DNA from: Chloroflexota bacterium | Lineage (GTDB): Bacteria > Bacillota > Sulfobacillia > JBFLWA01 > JBLNDB01 | Direction: 5' to 3' | Length of the DNA: 64,000 nt | Assembly (NCBI GenBank): GCA_050261235.1 | Contig: JBLNDB010000096.1 | Location: 2,161-66,160, forward strand | Part shown: in pieces, positions 37,865-47,233 of the stretch | Layout of the letters: each line of letters starts with the position of its first letter | Numbering within the stretch: position 1 is the stretch's first letter | Made by a program: the position numbers and the translations under genes | The notes under the pieces: model-generated | What the model saw: only the letters and a program-made list of their open reading frames with translations | What the model was told of the DNA's origin: nothing | The model's database searches: none

Positions 37865-39067
37865 ATGGGAGGGTCGGGAATGGCTGGATTGGCGGAACTG
37901 AAGGGCCAGGCGCGCGCTGAGGTCGACCGTGAGCAGGCGCGCCTGATCGACATCTCACATCAGATCCACCGCAACCCCGAGATCGCCATGCAGGAACATC
38001 AGGCAGCGGCGCTCCTGACCGGAACGCTCGAGGCTGAGGGGTTCACCGTCACCCGCGGCGTCGCCGGCATGGAGACTGCGTTCATCGCCGAATTCGGCCA
38101 TGGCGACGGTCGCGCCGTCGGCATCCTCGCCGAGTACGACGCCCTGCCGGGCATCGGCCACGCCTGTGGACATAACGTCAGCGCTGCCGCCTGTACCGGC
38201 GCCGGTATCGCCGTCAAGCGCCTGCTCGCCGCAGGCAAGTTGACCGGCACGATCAAGGTCTTCGGCACGCCAGCAGAAGAGGGCGGCGGTGGCAAAGTCC
38301 TGATGGCCAACGCCGGGCTGTTCGCAGGCATCGATGCGGCCCTCGCCATGCATTGCGGTCAGCGCAATTCGGTCGGCGGCTCCTGCCTTGCCACCCAGGC
38401 GTTCACTTTCCGCTTCCACGGCAAGCCGGCTCACTCGGCGGCCGCGCCGGACAAGGGCGTCAACGCGCTGGACGCGGTCATCCAGACGTTCAGCGGTCTG
38501 AACGCGATGCGTCAGCACGTCCGGCCGGACGTCCGGTTGCATGGCATCATCACCAACGGCGGCCAGGCGGTCAACATCGTCCCCGAGTTCGCCGAATGCC
38601 GCATCCAGGTGCGGGCCGCCAAGAAGGCCTATCTCGCCGAGGTCATCGACCGGGTGCTGAACATCGCTCGCGGCGCTGCCCTGCAGACCGGCGCGACGCT
38701 GGACTACGAGGGGGACCTGCCGTATGACGATATCCTCGAGTGCCCGCCGTTGGCGCATCTGCTCAAGGCCAACATGGAACAGCTCGGCCTGACGGTGGAG
38801 GATCACGCCGGTCTGGTCACGCCGGCCTCGAGCGATGTCGGCAACGCCAGCTACGTCGTGCCGACGGTCGAGGCCAACTTCGCGATGTGCGGCCCCGACA
38901 TCGCCCACCACACTGAGGGCTTCCGCGAGGCCTCAGGCTCGCCGGCGGGCGACGCGGCCGCGCTCAATGCCGCCAAGACGCTGGCCATGACGGCCATCGA
39001 CCTGCTCGCCTCGCCCGCCGCCGCGGCGGCAGTGCGGGCCTGGTTTGAGCAGGCAAAGCAGGGTTAG
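37865..39067 (+). CDS. M20 family amidohydrolase (M20D aminoacylase/hippurate hydrolase/AbgB-like)
   Basis: Metal-binding motifs GHACGHN and GTPAEEGGGGK. The ATG at 37865 follows gagggaagaggaaacc. Confidence 0.8.
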   Translation: MGGSGMAGLAELKGQARAEVDREQARLIDISHQIHRNPEIAMQEHQAAALLTGTLEAEGFTVTRGVAGMETAFIAEFGHGDGRAVGILAEYDALPGIGHACGHNVSAAACTGAGIAVKRLLAAGKLTGTIKVFGTPAEEGGGGKVLMANAGLFAGIDAALAMHCGQRNSVGGSCLATQAFTFRFHGKPAHSAAAPDKGVNALDAVIQTFSGLNAMRQHVRPDVRLHGIITNGGQAVNIVPEFAECRIQVRAAKKAYLAEVIDRVLNIARGAALQTGATLDYEGDLPYDDILECPPLAHLLKANMEQLGLTVEDHAGLVTPASSDVGNASYVVPTVEANFAMCGPDIAHHTEGFREASGSPAGDAAALNAAKTLAMTAIDLLASPAAAAAVRAWFEQAKQG

Positions 39068-39211
39068 GAGAGGTCAGGACAGTATCGAGACCGGGGCAGG
39101 GCAGCGCTTGTCGCTGCCCTGCTTGTCATTCCGGGCATCCGGCGACTGCAGGGATTTCCCATCCTTCGCCAAATTAGCAGAGCAGACGGACCCGTCGTGA
39201 GGAGGATGACC

Positions 39212-40549
39212 ATGGACCGCAAGAACATAACCGTGCTCGGCGGCGGCTCGGCCTATACCCCGGGACTGGTCGAGGGGCTGTTGCGGCTGAGGGATCAGTT
39301 GCCGCTCCGGCGCCTGACGCTGATGGACATCGACCGGGACAAACTGGACACGGTCGCGGCACTGGTCAGGAAGATGGTCGCGGCGGCCGATCCGGAGGCT
39401 GAAGTGGCTGCCACTGCTGACCGCGGCGAGGCGCTGACCGGCGCCGATTTCGTCCTCTGCCAGATCCGCGTCGGCGGGCTTGCGGCGCGCCACCTCGATG
39501 AGAAGCTGCCACTCAAATACGATGTCATCGGCCAGGAGACGACCGGCCCGGGCGGTTTCGCCATGGCGCTCCGCACCATCCCGGTGATGGTCGACATCGC
39601 CCGTGAGATGGAGCGGCGCTGCCCCGATGCCTGGCTGATCAACTACACCAACCCGACCGGCATCGTCGCCGAGGCCGTCCACCGGGCGACGAACGCAAAG
39701 ATGATCAGCATCTGCGACATCCCGATCAGCATCCAGCATTTCGTGGCCATCGCCATGGGCGTGCCGCGCGATGCCATCAGCCTCGACTACGTCGGTCTCA
39801 ACCACCTCGGCTGGGTCCGCCACGTCTGGCACGAGGGCCGCGACGTCATGCCGCTGCTCAGACAGATGGCCGATTCGCTCGACCTCGCGCACCTGCCGCC
39901 GGGGTTCGTGCTCGAAGACGACCGGATGACCAAGGACCTCCACTACATGCTGAAGCTGTTCAAGAAGATCGGCGTCATCCCGTCCCCGTACCTCATGTAC
40001 TACTACTACAGCGACGAGCTCCTCAGCCGTCTCAAGGCCGACCCGCTGACGCGCGCCGAGGAGGTCATGGCGATCGAGCGCGACCTGCTGCCGTTCTACC
40101 GCGAGGCCGCGGCGCGGCCGGAAGTCGACTTGTGGAAGAAGCGGGGTGGGGACTGGCACGCCGACATGATGGTCGGCATGGTTGCCGCCATCGCCAACGA
40201 CGCTCAGAGTCGGTTCATCGTCAACCTGCCCAACAGCGGGGCCATCAAAGGCCTGCCCGATGACAAGGTCGTCGAGCTGCCGGCGATCGTCGGCAGGCGC
40301 GGCGCTCAGGCACTGGTCGTCGGTGAGGTGCCGCCGGACATGCTGGGCCTGATGCAGGTGGTCGGCGCCTATGAGACGCTGACGGTCGAAGCGGCGCTCG
40401 AGGGTTCCTATGAGAAGGCGCTCCGGGCGCTCGCCCTCCATCCGCTCGTCCCGTCAATCGCCGTCGCCGAGAAGCTCCTTGACGACTACCTGGCCGCCCA
40501 CCGCGCCTACTTGCCCCAGTTCAGCGGCAGTCAGGGGGCGGGCGCATGA
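39212..40549 (+). CDS. Glycoside hydrolase family 4 (NAD+/Mn2+-dependent 6-phospho-glucosidase type)
   Basis: NAD-binding N-terminus MDRKNITVLGGGSAYTPG and a GH4 catalytic region. The ATG is 6 nt after AGGAGG. Confidence 0.85.
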   Translation: MDRKNITVLGGGSAYTPGLVEGLLRLRDQLPLRRLTLMDIDRDKLDTVAALVRKMVAAADPEAEVAATADRGEALTGADFVLCQIRVGGLAARHLDEKLPLKYDVIGQETTGPGGFAMALRTIPVMVDIAREMERRCPDAWLINYTNPTGIVAEAVHRATNAKMISICDIPISIQHFVAIAMGVPRDAISLDYVGLNHLGWVRHVWHEGRDVMPLLRQMADSLDLAHLPPGFVLEDDRMTKDLHYMLKLFKKIGVIPSPYLMYYYYSDELLSRLKADPLTRAEEVMAIERDLLPFYREAAARPEVDLWKKRGGDWHADMMVGMVAAIANDAQSRFIVNLPNSGAIKGLPDDKVVELPAIVGRRGAQALVVGEVPPDMLGLMQVVGAYETLTVEAALEGSYEKALRALALHPLVPSIAVAEKLLDDYLAAHRAYLPQFSGSQGAGA

Positions 40550-41967
40550 CCTTCCGTCAGGGCCTGTCGAAGTTCGCCGGCGCTGCGATGACGCCGATTG
40601 CCGTCCTGCCGGCGGCGGCGGTCATCATCGCGCTCGGCACGGTCCTGCCGCCGGAGTTCGGCGGGCGCGCCTTCGCTGCGGCCGGCCAGACGCTGTTCAA
40701 TTACCTTGGCCTGATCATCGCCGTCGGCTGTGCCATCGGCCTGGCCAACCGCGAGGGCATCGCCGGCTTCGCCGCCGGCGCGATGTACATCATCATCGAT
40801 GGCATCGTCAAGGCCTACAACCCCGAACTCAATCTCGGCGTACTCGCCGGCATCATCTCGGCCATCGCCGCCGCGCATTTCTACCACCGCTTCCACGCCG
40901 TCCGCTTTCCCGACTACCTCAGTTTCTTCGGCGGTCAACGCTTCGTGCCGATCATCTCCGCCTTCGCGGCAGTGTTCGTCGGCCTCGCCCTGGCCTATGT
41001 CGGCCCCTGGCTGCAGTCCGGCATCGTCTCGCTCGGGAACTGGATGGCCGCCGCCGGCATCCTCGGCGTCTTCGCCTACGGCGTCATCGAACGACTGCTG
41101 ATCCCCACCGGTCTGCACCACTTCCTCAATACGATCGTTCTCTTGCTCGTCGGCTCGTACGCCGGCGCCACCGGCGATCTTGGCCGCTTTTTCGCCGGTG
41201 ACCCGACGGCCGGCTACTTCATGAGCGGCGCCTATGCCTTCATGCTGTTCGGCTTGCCTGCCGCGTGCCTGGCGATGTACCACGAGGCCAAGCCCGGCGC
41301 CAAGCGCTCGGTCAAGGGGCTGATGATCACCGCCGCGGCGACGTCGTTCCTGACCGGCATCACCGAGCCGGTCGAGTTCTCGTTCCTGTTCACCGCGCCG
41401 GTGCTCTATCTGGCACACACACTGCTGGCGGGGTCGTCGTTCGCGCTCAACTATGCCCTCCGGATCCGCCATGGCTACGCCTCATCGGCCGGCATCGTCG
41501 AGTTCATCGCCAACCTGACGCGGGCCGACAACGGGCTGCTGATCATCCCGATCGGCATCGCCTATGGCGTGCTGTACTACCTCGTCTTCCGGTTCCTGAT
41601 CCGCCGGCTCAACCTGGCCACGCCGGGGCGGCTGGCCGAAGAAGCGGGCATGGATGCGGCGCTCGCGGCTAACCCGCCGGCGCTTGCCGGGGCGCCGGCA
41701 GCGGCGGGCGCCGCGCCAGCGAGCCTGACCGAGCGCGCCGCCGGCGTCATCGCCGCGCTCGGCGGGAGAGACAACCTGACCGGCGTCGACTCCTGCCTGA
41801 CGCGCCTGAGAATCGGCCTGGACGACGAATCGCTCGTCGATGAGGACGGGCTGAAACGCCTCGGCGCACTCGGCATCGTCAAGATGGGGCAGGGGGCGTG
41901 GCAAGTCGTGTTCGGGACTGTTTCGGACGCGCTCAGGCACGAGATGAAGCAGATATTGCGGGGCTGA
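40546..41967 (+). CDS. PTS transporter, glucose-family EIIC with a fused C-terminal EIIB domain
   Basis: EIIC membrane domain plus an EIIB region with the phospho-cysteine motif (DSCLTRLRIGL). Its start overlaps the GH4 stop (ATGA). Confidence 0.85.
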   Translation: MTFRQGLSKFAGAAMTPIAVLPAAAVIIALGTVLPPEFGGRAFAAAGQTLFNYLGLIIAVGCAIGLANREGIAGFAAGAMYIIIDGIVKAYNPELNLGVLAGIISAIAAAHFYHRFHAVRFPDYLSFFGGQRFVPIISAFAAVFVGLALAYVGPWLQSGIVSLGNWMAAAGILGVFAYGVIERLLIPTGLHHFLNTIVLLLVGSYAGATGDLGRFFAGDPTAGYFMSGAYAFMLFGLPAACLAMYHEAKPGAKRSVKGLMITAAATSFLTGITEPVEFSFLFTAPVLYLAHTLLAGSSFALNYALRIRHGYASSAGIVEFIANLTRADNGLLIIPIGIAYGVLYYLVFRFLIRRLNLATPGRLAEEAGMDAALAANPPALAGAPAAAGAAPASLTERAAGVIAALGGRDNLTGVDSCLTRLRIGLDDESLVDEDGLKRLGALGIVKMGQGAWQVVFGTVSDALRHEMKQILRG

Positions 41968-42054
41968 TGCCGATTGCTGATGCCACCGCGGACTATCAGC
42001 CGCTGGTCGGCGTATCTGTAGAGTAGCCGACACTTGACGTGAGGTGCTGCTGAC

Positions 42055-43635
42055 ATGCGTGGCCGCAATCGCTGGCTGGCGATGACCGTGGTCGTCCTGC
42101 TCGCATTTGCCGCAGGGATGGGGCTCCGCGCCTGGCAGCGACACCGGGCGACATCGCCCGGGAACCAGGCCGAGCCGGCAGGGCCGGGTGCGCCCGTTTC
42201 ACCGGTCGCACCGGTCACGCCGCCGCCGCCTGTCGCGCCGTCCGGTCCGCTCAAGGTCGTCAAAGTGCATCCGGAGCCGGGCGAGGTCGGCATCATGCGC
42301 TGGTCACGCCTGCTAGTCCTGTTCGACCGGCCGGTGACCGAGGCCGCCATCAAGGCGGGCCTGGCGGTCGATCCGCCGCTCGCACTGCGCTTTGAGCCAT
42401 ACGGTGATACGGGTTGGGCGGTCAGCCCGCTGACCGGCTGGGCCGAGGCCCGGCTCTACAGCGTCCGTCTCAGTGGACAGCTGGCGGCGGCCGGCGGTGA
42501 GGTCCTGGGAAGCGATGTTGCCTGGTCGTTCCGCACCGCTGCCCTGCCGCCGCCGGACGATGTCGCCGGTCCCGGCGCCGCCTGGGAGACGACGCTCGGC
42601 CTGACGGCGCCGGTCTGGTCGCCGGACGGCCAGCGTCTGGCCGTTGTCCGGCGGGGTGACGATCACTATGATTGGCAACTCGCTGTCATCGACATCGCCA
42701 GCGGCAAGCAGAGCATAGTCGGTCCGGCCGACCCGGTGCCGCCGGTCTGGCTCGATGGCTCGCACATCGCGGTGGCGGCCAGAAGCTCACAGCCCGGCGC
42801 CGGGGTCGAGTTCCGCCAATATGACCTCAGCCGCGGCACCTACCGCATCCTCGCCTCACCGACCGATCTGCGCCAGTACGCTTTCCTGGTCACGCCCCAC
42901 CGCGCGCCGGATGGCGGTTGGCTGCTCGAGGTCAATCAGGGGGGTCTCGATGCGCACTCTGACGTTTCCCAGTCGTTTGCGCTTCTCAACGCCGCCGGCG
43001 GGGTGCGCTGGCTCGACGAGCCAGCCGGGACGAAGTGGTTCCTCGGCTGGGACGGGGCCGGTCGCGCGGTCTTCCTCAACACGTTCGAGAACTTCAACCA
43101 CAGTCACGACTTCCGCTACGACATCATGGCCTGGGATCCCGGCGATGACCAGCCGGCGACGCTCGCAGGCGGCGGGCCGATTGCCAATTTCGGCGGCGCT
43201 GCCTGCCAGGGCGATGAGGTCGCACTCTGGACGTGGACCGCGGTCGACACCGGCAACAGCATCGACCATCGCCCGGCTCGCTTGTTGCGGTATCGCATTC
43301 AGGACAACGAGCTGCTCGATCTCCTGCCGAGAATGCCAGCCGGCGACTCCGGCAACCCGAACGGGCTTGCTGCCTGCGTTGAGGACAGCTGGCCGAGCTG
43401 GGCGCCGGACGGCTTGCGGCTGGCATTCGCATCGAACCGCGGCAGCAGTTGGGATATCTGGACGATGAACGCCGACGGCAGCGATCCGCGGCGCCTGACC
43501 ACGGATGAAGGCGAGGACACGCATCCCGCCTGGTCGCCCGACGGCACGACGATCGCGTTCCTCAGCACCCGTTCCGGCGTCCGCGAGGTCTGGCTGATGG
43601 ATGCGAGCGGCGCCAATCAGCGGCCGGCGCGCTGA
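42055..43635 (+). CDS. Membrane-anchored PD40 (TolB-like) beta-propeller repeat protein with a Pro-rich linker
   Basis: N-terminal TM anchor, a PAGPGAPVSPVAPVTPPPPVAP linker, and C-terminal PD40 repeats (WAPDGLRLAFASNRGSSWDIWTMNADGS..., HPAWSPDGTTIAFLSTRSG). Confidence 0.7.
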   Translation: MRGRNRWLAMTVVVLLAFAAGMGLRAWQRHRATSPGNQAEPAGPGAPVSPVAPVTPPPPVAPSGPLKVVKVHPEPGEVGIMRWSRLLVLFDRPVTEAAIKAGLAVDPPLALRFEPYGDTGWAVSPLTGWAEARLYSVRLSGQLAAAGGEVLGSDVAWSFRTAALPPPDDVAGPGAAWETTLGLTAPVWSPDGQRLAVVRRGDDHYDWQLAVIDIASGKQSIVGPADPVPPVWLDGSHIAVAARSSQPGAGVEFRQYDLSRGTYRILASPTDLRQYAFLVTPHRAPDGGWLLEVNQGGLDAHSDVSQSFALLNAAGGVRWLDEPAGTKWFLGWDGAGRAVFLNTFENFNHSHDFRYDIMAWDPGDDQPATLAGGGPIANFGGAACQGDEVALWTWTAVDTGNSIDHRPARLLRYRIQDNELLDLLPRMPAGDSGNPNGLAACVEDSWPSWAPDGLRLAFASNRGSSWDIWTMNADGSDPRRLTTDEGEDTHPAWSPDGTTIAFLSTRSGVREVWLMDASGANQRPAR

Positions 43636-43714
43636 ACCGTTGCGATGACGCTGGCACTTGTTGCCCTTGCATTACGATGCTCGATATGCTAATGTATTTT
43701 GTGCAAGCGAATTC

Positions 43715-43796
43715 GTCGGAGTGGCGGAATTGGCAGACGCGTACGTTTGAGGGGCGTATGGAGGAATCCGTGCGGGTTCAAGTCCCGCCTCCGACA
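43715..43796 (+). tRNA. tRNA-Leu (anticodon GAG), copy 1
   Basis: Acceptor GTCGGAG/CTCCGAC, anticodon loop TT-GAG-GG, variable arm TGGAGGAATCCGT. A hairpin with T run follows. Confidence 0.9.
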
Positions 43797-43967
43797 CAAG
43801 AGTGCCTCCTCTTCCCGATTCGGGAAGAGGAGTCTTTTTCATTCCTGCGCCGCGGCAACGAGCTGCGGCGACTGAATTCTCCGCGCGGCGAGCGAGCCTG
43901 CAGGGGGAATCGCTACGTGGGGCGAACTATATCTCGCGGTACGGCAGCTGGCAGGAGGCATGGTCGC

Positions 43968-45272
43968 ATGGCGGGCAGCAACAATCGCAGTCTCGGTCTG
44001 GCAGCATCATTCAGAGCAACGTTCCCGGCGCTCTGCTCGCGCAACTACGTTTACTTCATCACCGGTCAATCGGTGTCGCAGATCGGCACCTGGATGCAGA
44101 CTGCGGGCCAGAACTGGCTGGTCTATGTCACCACTCAGTCGCCGCTCAAACTCGGCCTGGTCAGTGCCGCGCAGTTCCTGCCGGTCATGTTCCTGTCGCT
44201 GTTCGCCGGGGTGTTCGTCGACCGCTTTCCGAAGCGAGCGATCGTCGTCTGGACGCAGGTCGCCGCGGCCCTGCAGGCGTTCGCTCTGGCCGCCCTCGTG
44301 TTCACCAATCAGGTTCAGTACTGGCACGTGCTGCTTCTTGCCCTGTGCTCCGGGTTGGTTCGCACTGTCGATAACCCGGCCAGACAATCCCTGATGATCG
44401 AGCTTGTCGGCAAAGAGGCCCTCGTCAACGCCATCGGCCTCAATTCGACCGTGTTCAACGTCGCGCGCATCGTTGGGCCGGCCGTGGCCGGCATCGCGTA
44501 TGAGAAGTACGGGCCCGGCTGGTGCTTCCTGCTCAACGGCCTGAGCTTCCTGCCGGTCATCGCCGGGCTGCTGGCAATGGACATCAAGGCGCGCAAGCGG
44601 GCGACGGTCAAGAAGAACGTGCTCCGGGAAGTCGTCGAGGGTCTCAACTACATCGGCACGAAGCCGCTGCTCATCAGCACCGTAGCCCTCGCGGCGGTCG
44701 TCAACATCTTCGCTGTCAACCACAGCGTGTTGCTGACGATTCTCGCCCGCGACGATTTTCGGATGGGCGCCGGCGGCTACGGCTACATGATGTCGTTCAT
44801 GGGCGCCGGTTCGCTTGTCGGAGCGCTGTTCACGGCTGTCTCCGGCGCCAAGCGCGGCCCTCGCTCCGGACTGCTCGGCAGCAGTTCGATGATCATCGCC
44901 AGCCTGCTCGCCGGCCTTGGCGCCTTCGGGCTGTTTCGCAGCCTGCCCCTGGCCATGATCATCCTCGCCCTGACCGGCGTGTTCAACCTTACCTTCAGCA
45001 CCAACGCCAACTCGACGATGCAGCTCAACGCCGCAGATGGCTACCGCGGGCGCGTCATGAGCGTCTACTTCCTCGTCTGGGGCGGCACGACGCCGATTGG
45101 CAGCCTGTTCGCCGGCGCGCTCGCCAGCCGCTTCGGCGCGTCCTGGGCGTACATCGTCAGCGGCCTTGTCACTGCCGCGTCCGCATGCGCCGTGCTGGCG
45201 GTCCAGCGACGGCTCGCCCGCCGCCTCGCGCATGCCGCTACCCCTGCGGCTGGCACTGCTTCCGACGCCTGA
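43968..45272 (+). CDS. MFS transporter (12-14 TM helices; EntS/DUF894-like subgroup)
   Basis: Typical MFS topology and N-terminus (FPALCSRNYVYFITGQSVSQIGTWMQ). The ATG at 43968 is 9 nt after AGGAGG. Confidence 0.8.
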   Translation: MAGSNNRSLGLAASFRATFPALCSRNYVYFITGQSVSQIGTWMQTAGQNWLVYVTTQSPLKLGLVSAAQFLPVMFLSLFAGVFVDRFPKRAIVVWTQVAAALQAFALAALVFTNQVQYWHVLLLALCSGLVRTVDNPARQSLMIELVGKEALVNAIGLNSTVFNVARIVGPAVAGIAYEKYGPGWCFLLNGLSFLPVIAGLLAMDIKARKRATVKKNVLREVVEGLNYIGTKPLLISTVALAAVVNIFAVNHSVLLTILARDDFRMGAGGYGYMMSFMGAGSLVGALFTAVSGAKRGPRSGLLGSSSMIIASLLAGLGAFGLFRSLPLAMIILALTGVFNLTFSTNANSTMQLNAADGYRGRVMSVYFLVWGGTTPIGSLFAGALASRFGASWAYIVSGLVTAASACAVLAVQRRLARRLAHAATPAAGTASDA

Positions 45273-45356
45273 CCGATGGACCACTACGCGCATCGACAGT
45301 GCATTCGCGAGTTAACGCGGCGCGAACAGCGCCGTCGCAGCCACAGCGGACGTGGT

Positions 45357-46916
45357 ATGAGTAAAGTTAACGCGGGTCGGCGCCTCTGAAAACAGGAACG
45401 AGACGGTTCCTCTCCGAAGGTGTAAGCGCCAACAAACACCCTAGGGAAGAGGGGACCCATCTCGTCATGGCGGATTTCAACGAACTCGTCGCAGTATCCT
45501 TCTCAGAGCTTGAAAGAACGCTGTTCGAAGGCTTGACCAAGTTGTTCCTCGAGGCCATGACGGAGCTGCTTTCAAGGCTTGATGCTCAGGTCGCTGGGAA
45601 GCGTGACAAGCAGCGGTATGTAATCGTTGAACGCAAGGAGACGTGCCTTGAAACCATGCTCGGGCCTTTGCGCTTCCGCCGGCGTGTTTACCTGGACCGG
45701 GAGACGGGAGAACGGGTCTACGGGCTGGACGAGGCGCTTGGACTGACGAAACGTGCCAGGGTGAGCCCGGGGCTGAAGGAAGCCGCAGTGAGGGAAGCCG
45801 TTGAGGCACCGTCGTACCGCGCGGCCCGGGACAGTCTCGAGCGCAGGCATGGCCAGCGGGTGATGAGCCACGAGACCATACGGCAGCTGACGCTGAAGAC
45901 CGGGAAGGAGATACAGCGTGCTGACGAGGCTCTGGCGCTTGAGCCCAATGGCGAGCGGAAGATCCCGGTGCTGTTCATCAAGGCGGATGGGCTGTACGTG
46001 TCAAGGCAGAAGGCAGGCAAGCGTGAAGAGCGGTTCGTCATAGCGCATGAAGGCTGGCAGCGCAGGAGCCCTGGCAGCGAAGAATACGAGCTCGTGAACA
46101 AGACGTACATACACTGCGACTCGGCCGGTGACGTCTGGGAGCAGGCGAGCCGGATGCTGTTCGCCAGATACGACCTCAGCGACACAGTTGTCGTCGTCAA
46201 TGGCGACCGCGCCAAGTGGATCCGCGAGGGAGTGCGGTACTTCCCGAAAGCCATCTACCAGTTTGACCGGTTCCATCTGCTGCGGGATGTCAAGGCGAAA
46301 CTCAGGCTGGCACCGCAGGCAAGGAAGGAAGTGCTCCAGGCTATACGTGACGGAAGGTCGCGGGATGTGCTCGATCTCATGCACAAGGTGAGACTCAGTG
46401 ACGGAAAGCTAAACGCGAGCTCGACGAACTGAGGCGCGACTTGCAGCGCTTTCCCGAGGCGATGGTGGACTACCGTGTGCGGCTGGCGATGATGGGCTTG
46501 GATACGGCCGGCATGCGAGGTATGGGCTCGGCTGAGTCCAACATGAACCACTTGGCGCGCCGACTGAGAAAGCAAGGCCGCAGCTGGTCCAGAAACGGCT
46601 TGAGAGCAATGATCCGGGTGATGATTAAGCTCTTCGAGGGCACGCTGCACCGCTTCACGCAGAGCCTGATGGACATCACGGAGCACCTGGATGCAGAGAT
46701 GCTGCTGACCGGCGCAGGCCGGATTGTGCAGGCGGCTCTGGACAAGGCGAGCTACGTCGCGGGCAAGACGTACCGGATGCCGATTCGACAAGCTGGAAGC
46801 AACGTGTCGCGTGGTCTCTCTGAGTTCATGAACCGTCTGAACCGAGCACTGCCGGCGCAGTTGGCCTAGCAGACCTCAAACGCAACACTTCGGGAAGGAA
46901 CGGCGCCGACCCGCGT
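45357..46916 (+). mobile_element. IS element, ISLre2 (UPF0236)-like, about 1.56 kb with imperfect terminal inverted repeats
   Basis: Left end TTAACGCGGGTCGGCGCC (about 45361-45378) is the reverse complement of the right end GGCGCCGACCCGCGTTTG (about 46897-46914). It encloses one transposase reading frame split in two. Confidence 0.6.
45467..46869 (+). pseudogene. ISLre2-family transposase interrupted by a single frameshift near 46415-46432
   Basis: ORF 45467-46432 (321 aa) and ORF 46441-46869 (142 aa) together make roughly 460 aa, the length of an ISLre2/UPF0236 transposase. The second frame reads through ...RKAKRELDELRRDLQRFPEAM... directly after an in-frame TGA. The break lies at GGAAAGC, consistent with a 1-nt indel in an A run. 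It is not a slippery heptamer. Confidence 0.65.
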
Positions 46917-46989
46917 TTGCTTGACAGACTCGCGGACGTGCTGACACATGACAGCGGCAACGAGTTGTGCTATCATCAGATGTGCGATT

Positions 46990-47071
46990 GTCGGAGTGGC
47001 GGAATTGGCAGACGCGTACGTTTGAGGGGCGTATGGAGAAATCCGTGCGGGTTCAAGTCCCGCCTCCGACA
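46990..47071 (+). tRNA. tRNA-Leu (anticodon GAG), copy 2
   Basis: Identical to copy 1 except for one base in the variable arm (GGAGGAAT versus GGAGAAAT). It has its own promoter (TATCAT -10) and terminator hairpin (gcctcctccttctgctcgcagggggaggc). Confidence 0.9.
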
Positions 47072-47233
47072 CCGGTAAAGCCTCCTCCTTCTGCTCGCAG
47101 GGGGAGGCTTTTGCTTGCTCGACGGCTCGGCTGAAACCAGAAGCTCACCTGCGCTGTACTTGAATGGTCATGATTGTGCGTGACGCGGTCCGGAACCGCG
47201 CCGCTGGCAAAGCGGCGCAAGGGAGCGAGATCA

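Noticed and set aside
45467-46869. Programmed -1 ribosomal frameshift joining the two transposase ORFs
   Set aside because: The junction sequence GGAAAGC is not an X-XXY-YYZ slippery heptamer, and no downstream pseudoknot or stem is obvious. ISLre2/UPF0236 transposases are single-ORF proteins. A 1-nt indel in an A run, whether a mutation or a sequencing error, is the simpler explanation.
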